From positions 1 to 64,000 of IMG/VR virus record IMGVR_UViG_3300033816_000195: 64,000 bases of DNA; one strand, 5' to 3'. The notes beneath the pieces were generated by a model. It searched no databases and was not told where the DNA came from. It worked only from the letters and a program-made list of their open reading frames with translations. Below, in pieces: positions 57,334 to 64,000 of the stretch. Position numbers and translations under genes: made by a program. Numbering within the stretch: the first letter of the stretch is position 1; each line of letters opens with the position of its first letter. The stretch is from a virus.

Positions 57334-57711
57334 TTATTTTTTTCTTTTTATAGCTCCACCTTTTTTTTGAGAAGGTATTTGATAATTTGGATACAGCTTA
57401 TTTACTGCCTCAGTTTCTGGATTTACATATTTTTTTGTTGCATCATTATATGCCTTACTTAAGTTGGCTCTTACTGCTTCTTTAGACTTTTCCCGTAAAA
57501 GATCTATATCAGGACGCATACTTCCTGCAAGTGATGCAAGTAGATTACCTGTATTTTTATAACCACCTGTAGAATCTGGTTTGTTAATCATCATGTCATT
57601 TGTCTCAATTCCATCTTGAGCTTTTTTCAATGACTTCTTTACTACAGTTTGCCTAGCTTCATTAGCTTTTCTAAATGCTGTAATAGGGTGAACTTTATTA
57701 GTTTTTTTCAT
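57334..57711 (-). CDS. small basic protein (KKGG motif)
   Basis: Lys-rich termini; contains KAQDG and QKKGG. Confidence 0.7.
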   Translation of the reverse strand: MKKTNKVHPITAFRKANEARQTVVKKSLKKAQDGIETNDMMINKPDSTGGYKNTGNLLASLAGSMRPDIDLLREKSKEAVRANLSKAYNDATKKYVNPETEAVNKLYPNYQIPSQKKGGAIKRKK

Positions 57712-57713
57712 GA

Positions 57714-57878
57714 TTATTTATTTTTAGCCATTTTTTTAAATGTAAGTGCTAAGGTTTTAGCTTTACCAGTACAACCAGGTTTAGTTATAGGAGTACATTT
57801 TCCAGCAGTACCTCTACGTTTAATAGAAGCTGTAGCCTTTTGTATCCAGTTTTTATCTGACTTCTTTTTAGTTGCCAT
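57714..57878 (-). CDS. 54-aa basic protein MATKKKSDKNWIQKATASIKRRGTAGKCTPITKPGCTGKAKTLALTFKKMAKNK (absent from the ORF track)
   Basis: ATG at 57878 and TAA at 57714. Fills the gap exactly between its neighbours. Confidence 0.8.
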   Translation of the reverse strand: MATKKKSDKNWIQKATASIKRRGTAGKCTPITKPGCTGKAKTLALTFKKMAKNK

Positions 57879-57880
57879 GA

Positions 57881-58204
57881 CTATTTCTTTTTAACTCCAC
57901 CTTTCTTCATGTAACCCATTTTATTTCTTACAGCAGTAGGAAGTTTAGATAAACCTGTATTATCTGAAGGAACAGGTTTAAGAGATCCTCCAGATTTCTT
58001 TTTCATAATACCACCTTTTTTCATAGTATCAATACCTTGGTAATTTGGTCCTGTAGGTCCAGAGTTAGGCATACCAGCAATAAATGTTTTAGCATTTTTA
58101 TCAGCTAATTTCATTCCACCCATTGCCATCTTTTTTACTTTCTTAACAGGTCCTCCAGATTTCATTTTACCACAACCCATTTTACATGTTTTCATTGCTT
58201 TCAT
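57881..58204 (-). CDS. small basic protein with five xxGG motifs
   Basis: Contains MKSGG, MAMGG, MKKGG (twice) and KKSGG, plus the module GLSKLPTAVRNKMGY. Confidence 0.75.
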   Translation of the reverse strand: MKAMKTCKMGCGKMKSGGPVKKVKKMAMGGMKLADKNAKTFIAGMPNSGPTGPNYQGIDTMKKGGIMKKKSGGSLKPVPSDNTGLSKLPTAVRNKMGYMKKGGVKKK

Positions 58205-58206
58205 AA

Positions 58207-58614
58207 TTATTTCTTTTTAGATTTTAAAACAGTTTTTTTAGTTGGTTTAGATTTTATATAACCACCTTTTTTAAAAGGTGTGGTAGATTCTTTTACAGGC
58301 TTTTTTCCAGCAGCAGCTACTTTTTCATCTTGTTGCTTAATATATTTTTCCCTAGCATCTTTTCTTTTCATACCAGGATTTGCTTTTTTAATATCAGTTA
58401 CTTCTTTACGTCTTTTAATAGTATCAGCTGTCATTTTACCTATAACACCTGCTGCACCAGTAACAGCTGTTGTAAGACCTGCAACAACACCTGGACATGG
58501 TTCACAACCTTGTCTTTCACCACCTACATATTTAGGACATTGTCCTTTTCCACATCCTCCAAAAGATGCTCCACCGGTTTTCATTTTTTTAATTGTTTTT
58601 ACAGTCTTTTTCAT
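58207..58614 (-). CDS. small basic protein with Cys cluster and hydrophobic Gly/Ala segment
   Basis: Contains MKTGG, FKKGG and GVVAGLTTAVTGAAGVIG. Confidence 0.7.
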   Translation of the reverse strand: MKKTVKTIKKMKTGGASFGGCGKGQCPKYVGGERQGCEPCPGVVAGLTTAVTGAAGVIGKMTADTIKRRKEVTDIKKANPGMKRKDAREKYIKQQDEKVAAAGKKPVKESTTPFKKGGYIKSKPTKKTVLKSKKK

Positions 58615-58624
58615 TTTATATAAT

Positions 58625-58984
58625 TTAACAATTCCACTTTCTTAAAGACTTATTAATCCTTGAGTTAGGATCATTAGCTGTTTTAGAGCTTGTTAGTTTT
58701 TTCTTCATTCCACTCATCCTAGCACAAAAAGATTTTCTTCTCTTAGCAGATTTACTATCCGGATCTAGTTTAGAAGGTTTAGTAGTAACAGCCATTTTAA
58801 GTTTACTTCCTGGATTCTCTCTTCTATAAGAAGCTACACCTTTAGCATTAAGACCTCCTGTCTTATTTTTTCCTTCTGACCTTGTCCAAGCTGGAGTAGA
58901 GCCACCAGATTTCATCTTAGGTTTCTTACCAGCTTTCTTCATTGAGATAGCTATTGCTGCTTGTTGTGCTCTATTTGCTGCCAT
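58625..58984 (-). CDS. small basic protein (DUF6321-like); start reassigned to MAANRAQQ at 58984
   Basis: Pattern GGLNAKGVASY…PGSKL…RRKSFCARM…SRINKSLRKWNC. ATG at 58984 abuts the upstream stop, whereas the track start at 59035 overlaps it. Confidence 0.7.
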   Translation of the reverse strand: MAANRAQQAAIAISMKKAGKKPKMKSGGSTPAWTRSEGKNKTGGLNAKGVASYRRENPGSKLKMAVTTKPSKLDPDSKSAKRRKSFCARMSGMKKKLTSSKTANDPNSRINKSLRKWNC

Positions 58985-58985
58985 A

Positions 58986-59273
58986 TTAATATCCTTTACT
59001 TTTTTTACTACCTGGTTTAGCAAATCCAGAAACATGTCCTCCTAATCTTTTTTTAGGTTTAGGATAAGGGTTTTCTCTATGCCATTTTTTAGTTGCTGCT
59101 ACACCTTGTTTAATAGTTTTTGCTCCTGCTTTTTTGGTTAAGTTAATTGTATCCCACTTTCCTTTGTCTTTAGTAGGATGATTAACCATAATATCACCGG
59201 GTTTACCTTTACCTATTTTATTAGTTTTTTTATAAACCCGGTGCTTTTCACCATCAGCAGTAACTCTTGCCAC
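58986..59273 (-). CDS. small basic protein
   Basis: GTG start overlaps the upstream TAG. Contains KRLGG. Confidence 0.7.
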   Translation of the reverse strand: MARVTADGEKHRVYKKTNKIGKGKPGDIMVNHPTKDKGKWDTINLTKKAGAKTIKQGVAATKKWHRENPYPKPKKRLGGHVSGFAKPGSKKSKGY

Positions 59274-59404
59274 TATTTCTTAGTTTTAGTAGTAGTAGTT
59301 TTTGCTGTTTCTTTTTTTTCCTCTGCTTTTACATATGCAGGATTCAATATAAATTTTCCAGGTGCAGTTTCTATGTAAGCTGGAATTTCTTTTTTTGTTG
59401 CCAT
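59273..59404 (-). CDS. 43-aa protein MATKKEIPAYIETAPGKFILNPAYVKAEEKKETAKTTTTKTKK (absent from the ORF track)
   Basis: ATG at 59404 and TAG at 59273-59275 overlapping the next GTG. Fills the intergenic gap. Confidence 0.75.
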   Translation of the reverse strand: MATKKEIPAYIETAPGKFILNPAYVKAEEKKETAKTTTTKTKK

Positions 59405-59419
59405 GTTATATTAATTTAA

Positions 59420-59665
59420 TTAAATTTTTTTACCTGAAGCAAGATTATTAAATTCTTTTGCTTTTTCTGCTGCCATCTTTTTTACATCAGCCATTAACTT
59501 AGTATTCTTTTGAATCTCAGCAGCTCTTTGTAATGTAGACATAGCAGATTCAACTTCCCACTTTCTCATCTCTGCTTTACCACCCCCTAAAATAGAAATA
59601 CCAACAGTAGAAGAACTCTTCTTAGTTGGTGTTGATTTTTTAGTTGTTGTTTTTTTTATTGCCAT
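59420..59665 (-). CDS. small basic protein
   Basis: Lys/Thr-rich N-terminus and a KWEVESAMSTLQRAAEI helix. Confidence 0.75.
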   Translation of the reverse strand: MAIKKTTTKKSTPTKKSSSTVGISILGGGKAEMRKWEVESAMSTLQRAAEIQKNTKLMADVKKMAAEKAKEFNNLASGKKI

Positions 59666-59667
59666 AA

Positions 59668-60006
59668 CTATACTTTTTTAACTCTTCTTCCCATACCTAC
59701 TTTAGACTTTTCAGCTTTCTTAGCAGCTAGTTTAGAAGGAGTTAGTTCATACTTTGTTTTAGGAGTATCCTTTGATACTCTTTTTGTAGGCCGGCAGTAT
59801 TCATTTTTACCACCGGCACCACAAGGTTTTCCTGATTTAGTATCTTGCCACTTCTCTGCTTGCCATCTTTTTAGTTCAGTTCCTTTCTCAGTCTTCCTAA
59901 CTTGACCTTTACCTTTTCTACACTTTGCAATAGCTTGTGATGCTCTTGCTGAAGGAAAAACAGCATATCTGGATTTTACACTATGATAGCAAGAATCTTT
60001 AGGCAT
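59668..60006 (-). CDS. small basic protein (DUF5872-like)
   Basis: Pattern KDSCY…FPSARAS…KCRK…LKRWQAEKW…PCG…YCRP…TPKT. Confidence 0.7.
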   Translation of the reverse strand: MPKDSCYHSVKSRYAVFPSARASQAIAKCRKGKGQVRKTEKGTELKRWQAEKWQDTKSGKPCGAGGKNEYCRPTKRVSKDTPKTKYELTPSKLAAKKAEKSKVGMGRRVKKV

Positions 60007-60008
60007 GA

Positions 60009-60230
60009 CTATTTTTTCTTAGCTTTTACCATTCCACCCTTTTTCATCATTCTGCCATACATTGCTTCTGGTATAGCAGTTTTAGGAGCTTTAGAAGTAC
60101 CACCAACTTTACCTTTTGGTTTAGTTTGTTTTTTCAATGCTGGATTTGTACCTCCAGTTTTTCCACTAGGTGTTTTATCAGCACCCATTAACTTTTTAGA
60201 CTTTGTTTTAGTCACGTTAGCAGCTTTCAT
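60009..60230 (-). CDS. small basic protein; start reassigned to MKAANV at 60230
   Basis: Contains GKTGGT, GKVGGT, AMYG and MKKGG. The track start at 60275 overlaps the upstream gene. Confidence 0.65.
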   Translation of the reverse strand: MKAANVTKTKSKKLMGADKTPSGKTGGTNPALKKQTKPKGKVGGTSKAPKTAIPEAMYGRMMKKGGMVKAKKK

Positions 60231-60243
60231 TTTATTTTTAAAT

Positions 60244-61260
60244 TTAAGAGTTCCAATACTTTTCACAGGATGCATTAAGATCTTTTAAAATATCCTCATT
60301 TAAAGGATTTTTTAAATACTCAACAACATCAGATACATTTCTACCAAGTAAACTATTTGTCTTAGCATGGTAAATATATCCATCTGCCTTATTTATAATA
60401 TACTTAAAAAAAACGGAATCTCTAACAATTGATTTAAGTTTTAATGTTTCCATGTCAAAATTAGATGCTTCAATGAATGATTTTGCAGCTCTTTCTTTGT
60501 TAGATTCCCCACCTTCACCGTTAATATGTCTATCCATATTTTCATAAATAGAGTCTAATGGTGTAGATTTTCTATATTGTGTACTGTTAATATCTACAAC
60601 TTTAGCAATGTAGAATAACTTAGTACTGTTTTTGTCAAATAATTTTTGAAGTTCAGAAAGTGCTTTGTTACGCATTTTCTTATATTCAGTTCTTGCTACT
60701 ACAGTTTCTTCTTCTTTATCTAAATAAAACTTAGGGGGTACTGCTTTAGATCTAGCATCATCATAGCTTTTAGCTACAATAGAAAATCCTCCGGCTTCTA
60801 TAGCAAATAACTTAACTCTATCATAAGGATCTTTAGTATCTAAATATAAAGGTTCATTACCACATGCAATAGTAATCTTATTCCAGAACTCTGCATTATC
60901 AGGCTTTAATACTTTTACTTTATTCCAAAATTGAGGATCCTCTATTTCTAATACATTAGCAGCTAGTTCTTTTTCTAATTCAGCAACAGCTTCTCTTATT
61001 TGTTTTATTCTAGCTTCTTTTTCTTCTGTAGGTAAGAGTTTAATTTCAGGAGCAAATTCATTAAGTCCTGTAAGATATCTTACTATACCATTGTTTTCTA
61101 AACAGGCTAATTGTTCATGATGTTTTACACCATCATAAAGAGATAGACCATAGTTTTCTAAACCCATATTTGACATAGTATTGTCAAAGAACGGACGCAC
61201 TGCAATTTTAGTTTTTTTGTTGGTAGCTTTATTAGTTTCTACCATTGTGAAATTTTCCAT
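60244..61260 (-). CDS. conserved crAss-like protein downstream of MCP (gene 75-like)
   Basis: 338 aa with FWNK, LYLDTKDPYD and LGRN…VEYLKNP. Conserved position after the major capsid gene. Confidence 0.6.
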   Translation of the reverse strand: MENFTMVETNKATNKKTKIAVRPFFDNTMSNMGLENYGLSLYDGVKHHEQLACLENNGIVRYLTGLNEFAPEIKLLPTEEKEARIKQIREAVAELEKELAANVLEIEDPQFWNKVKVLKPDNAEFWNKITIACGNEPLYLDTKDPYDRVKLFAIEAGGFSIVAKSYDDARSKAVPPKFYLDKEEETVVARTEYKKMRNKALSELQKLFDKNSTKLFYIAKVVDINSTQYRKSTPLDSIYENMDRHINGEGGESNKERAAKSFIEASNFDMETLKLKSIVRDSVFFKYIINKADGYIYHAKTNSLLGRNVSDVVEYLKNPLNEDILKDLNASCEKYWNS

Positions 61261-61296
61261 GTTTTGTTGGTTTTTATTTGTTGGTTATTAAATTAA

Positions 61297-61332
61297 GAAA
61301 AAAAGGGGGCAGTTGCTTAGCACCCACCCCCA
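61297..61332 (-). terminator. Rho-independent terminator after MCP
   Basis: On the minus strand, GGGGGTGGGTGC-TAA-GCAACTGCCCCC followed by a long T run. Confidence 0.8.
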
Positions 61333-61348
61333 TTTTATATATGATGGA

Positions 61349-62965
61349 TTAGAATGAACCACCAGTGATTGGGTTTCTCATAACAATCTTAAGGACTTTA
61401 GTTGGATCCTTAACCCAGATAGCTGGCATTGTTTGAGACATCATTACACGGTATCCATTGAACTGACCAGAAGATTGGAACCCTTGAGTTCTTCCCATGT
61501 AGTCCATAGTACCATTTTGATACCACCACTTCAACTGATTATCCCAAGATAATTTTAACATGTAAATATTATCATTAGTATTATCAGTGATATCAAAGAT
61601 AATAAATGAGTAAGAAGATAATGGGAAACCATCAATGATTGGGTTCTCAATATCATTTGTATGAACATTGTCAAATGCTGGGTTAAGAACAAACTTAACA
61701 TTTGCCAAGAATGGAATTACATATGAAGTATAAGCAAATCCAAAGTTCAAGTCCATACCTTTACCAGTAATTGCACCAATGTCAGCAGCTTGGATAAGAA
61801 GACCAGAAGAAATAGCTTCTCTTTTGATAGCTTCATTTACCATACGCATACCACCCATACCAGTTTGAACTACTAGAGATCTTTTTGGATCTGGACCTTG
61901 GAACTCAACTTTACCATTAAAGAAGTTGTAGATTTCTCCACGGAACAAATCAAGTGTAAAGTTATTTTTGTTATATACTCTTTTGAAAGAGTTATCTAAC
62001 TGTTTCCAAAGACCCACAGATAATCTAACATCATCTGGACCATCTTGACGCACTCTACCACCATGTCCCCACATTAAGTAAGTCTCAATGTCAGAAGCAA
62101 CTTTGCTCAAGTGAGCAGCTTCCATTGTAGTTAAGAATGTTCTAGAAAGATCACCATTATCAAATGCTCTTTTAACTTTATCTTTACCAAGTTTCTTAAT
62201 CATATCATCTAATGATGTGATTGAAGGATCCATAGTTTTATCAAAAGTTCTCCAGATCTCAGTTACAGGAACTGTACCATCTGCATTCATTCCACCTTTA
62301 ATCATCAAGTCTGCACGTGATGAGATAGAATAATGTACGTGAGCTTCAGCACCTCCTACAAAGTTGTAGAATTCACGGAAACCTGCATTAGTGATGATGT
62401 CAGAAAATCTTTCACCATACTCACCTCTAGCAGAACCTTTACGGAATACTTTAGTACCATTTGATAAATACTTATTCTCAAGATATTTATAATTGTCATT
62501 GTTTACAAGTTGTACAGTATAGATGAATCCATCACCAATTGGTAAGATATCTTCATTTGTAATGTACATCTCAACACCATTATACTTATCATAAGTAATG
62601 ATATCACCATGACCAAATTCTCTTTTGCTGATTTTGATACGGAAAGTACCACCATCTACACCTTTGAACTCATTGTCTGGTTCAATGTCTTCAATAATGT
62701 AAGGAAGATCTACAGATACAGGAGTCTGCCATCTGTACTCTCCACGAGCATTATCTACCATAATTACATTTTTACCACCAAAGCTAGACATTTGGTAAAG
62801 AGGCATTTCAACCTTCTGAGCCATAGCCCAAAGGTCCACTGGACCTAGATCCATTGGTTCTGCATCCTTTAACATGTTAACCAAGTGGTAAGAGTCTACG
62901 TGTGAACTTGCCGCATAGGCTGTATCCCGTAGAAAGATACCATTGTTTAAAACTGGAGTTGCCAT
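61349..62965 (-). CDS. major capsid protein (crAss-like, HK97 fold)
   Basis: 538 aa with high-expression codon bias (TTC/AAC/TAC/CGT). Motifs LMWG, GLWKQL, TGMGG and IWVKDPT. Lies between the scaffold-like gene and a terminator. Confidence 0.85.
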   Translation of the reverse strand: MATPVLNNGIFLRDTAYAASSHVDSYHLVNMLKDAEPMDLGPVDLWAMAQKVEMPLYQMSSFGGKNVIMVDNARGEYRWQTPVSVDLPYIIEDIEPDNEFKGVDGGTFRIKISKREFGHGDIITYDKYNGVEMYITNEDILPIGDGFIYTVQLVNNDNYKYLENKYLSNGTKVFRKGSARGEYGERFSDIITNAGFREFYNFVGGAEAHVHYSISSRADLMIKGGMNADGTVPVTEIWRTFDKTMDPSITSLDDMIKKLGKDKVKRAFDNGDLSRTFLTTMEAAHLSKVASDIETYLMWGHGGRVRQDGPDDVRLSVGLWKQLDNSFKRVYNKNNFTLDLFRGEIYNFFNGKVEFQGPDPKRSLVVQTGMGGMRMVNEAIKREAISSGLLIQAADIGAITGKGMDLNFGFAYTSYVIPFLANVKFVLNPAFDNVHTNDIENPIIDGFPLSSYSFIIFDITDNTNDNIYMLKLSWDNQLKWWYQNGTMDYMGRTQGFQSSGQFNGYRVMMSQTMPAIWVKDPTKVLKIVMRNPITGGSF

Positions 62966-62993
62966 TTTTATTTGTTATTTAAATTGTTACTAA

Positions 62994-64000
62994 TTAAAAT
63001 CTCTTGAACATGTTAGCTCTTGAGATGGTTCTTTGTTGTGAAGATCTACTAGCTCTTCTTGTTTCTTCAGGCTCTTCATAGCTTGAAGAACCAGTCTTTC
63101 TAGATTCTTCTGTTTTTAATTTTCTTACTGTATCTTCTACAGCTTTTTTAGTTCCTTGATCCTTTACTTTATTTTTATAACCATCTGGGTCAGCAAGTAA
63201 CCAAAGTGCTTCTGCAATAAGATCATGTCTTGGTTGCACAAATTGATACTTCTCTAGGAGATGGCCTAATAAATTTGTAGGTTTTCCGGAGATTGAAGGG
63301 TAATTTGGTTGAACTAATCCTGAGTATAAAAGACTCTGGGTTTTTTTATCAATCTTAATTCCACCAAGCTCACCAACTGCAAGAGTATTATATACATTAT
63401 CTGTATATGCTTTTGCTTGTTGTTGTTGCTGTTCTTTTCTTTCTTCTTGTTCAGCTAATTGTCTTGCAATAATTTCTTCTTGCATTCTATCTAACTTAGG
63501 TTTAAACTGATTAGCTTTTTGTTCTAATTTACCTATGTCAGACCAATCTTGAATTTCAGCTTCTATTTCTTCAGCTGTTCCAAAATTAGTAGCATACAAA
63601 TACTGTCTTGCAATTTCTGCTTGATCATATTCATCAGATGGATCAAGCTGTCTCATTTCTTCTACTTGAGCAAGTGTTCTGAATAAACCTTTAAGATCTT
63701 GTCCTCCATCAGCTACATATTTAGCAGCTACTTGAAGTTCTTCAGGTAAAGAATTAAAAAATTCTCTTGGAGTATTTTTTCTTACTTCAGCTTCTCTCTC
63801 TTGGAAATTAGCTTCAAATAATTCTCTAAAATCTTTAGTAGTATATTCTTCTAAAGGTTTCTCATCATCAAAAGGAATAAGGGTTCCTTCTTCAATCATT
63901 TTTAGAGCTAACTCAGCAAGACCTGATTTATCTACTTTAGGTCTACCTTTATTACCTGCATCTTCTTCTTGAGAAATAAGATCATTTAATTCAGCAATAG
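62994..64000 (-). CDS. scaffold-like protein (gene 77-like), 5' end outside the window
   Basis: The frame stays open past the track start (…IAELNDLISQEEDAGNKGRPKVDKSGLAELALKM). Acidic and coiled-coil rich, directly upstream of MCP. Confidence 0.7.
   Translation of the reverse strand, partial: IAELNDLISQEEDAGNKGRPKVDKSGLAELALKMIEEGTLIPFDDEKPLEEYTTKDFRELFEANFQEREAEVRKNTPREFFNSLPEELQVAAKYVADGGQDLKGLFRTLAQVEEMRQLDPSDEYDQAEIARQYLYATNFGTAEEIEAEIQDWSDIGKLEQKANQFKPKLDRMQEEIIARQLAEQEERKEQQQQQAKAYTDNVYNTLAVGELGGIKIDKKTQSLLYSGLVQPNYPSISGKPTNLLGHLLEKYQFVQPRHDLIAEALWLLADPDGYKNKVKDQGTKKAVEDTVRKLKTEESRKTGSSSYEEPEETRRASRSSQQRTISRANMFKRF

Noticed and set aside
479-62848. Numerous 60-120 aa ORFs antisense or out-of-frame within large genes (e.g. 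479-688, 7150-7446, 12909-13166, 47539-47853, 58280-58645, 62609-62848)
   Set aside because: They are shadows of real genes, with F/S/I/L-rich composition typical of antisense frames and no independent signals.
1-64000. Stop-codon reassignment (TAG/TGA), as in some crAss-like phages
   Set aside because: Very long ORFs are intact in code 11. TAG (e.g. 7430, 59273) and TGA (3663) end genes exactly where the next gene starts or overlaps.
1-64000. tRNA or rRNA genes
   Set aside because: Intergenic gaps are short and are accounted for by terminators and promoters. No cloverleaf with a T-loop GTTCRA in a suitable context was seen.

Overview
AT-rich 64-kb segment of a crAss-like (Crassvirales-type) podovirus genome, most likely infecting Bacteroidota. 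The genetic code looks standard. The left ~3.8 kb (+ strand) is the end of the replication block: family-B DNA polymerase, a DUF932-like protein, a MazG-like pyrophosphohydrolase and a small Cys-rich ORF. Everything else is one long minus-strand virion block. Read from the right it holds the scaffold-like gene (5'-truncated), the major capsid protein, ten small Lys-rich ORFs, ring/tail-tube proteins, a ferritin-like protein, very Cys-rich fibre/decoration proteins, an IHF-like protein, the muzzle/stabilisation protein and seven large cargo/ejection proteins. One of these is a 4320-aa two-barrel virion RNA polymerase (DFDGD). The most striking unexplained patterns are: (i) junction-matched terminal cysteines and terminal 'docking' modules, which suggest the cargo proteins are linked head-to-tail; (ii) a pervasive [MFYAK]-x-x-G-G motif largely confined to internal/cargo proteins; (iii) enzyme cassettes (AlkB-like, SLOG-like, DUF4326-like, ART-like) inserted in-frame between recurring linkers or direct repeats; (iv) an intergenic hairpin whose loop is complementary to an ACCAACAAA motif placed at start codons; and (v) a variant Bacteroidota -33/-7 promoter shared by five genes. 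All family assignments come from motif recognition by eye, not from database searches.
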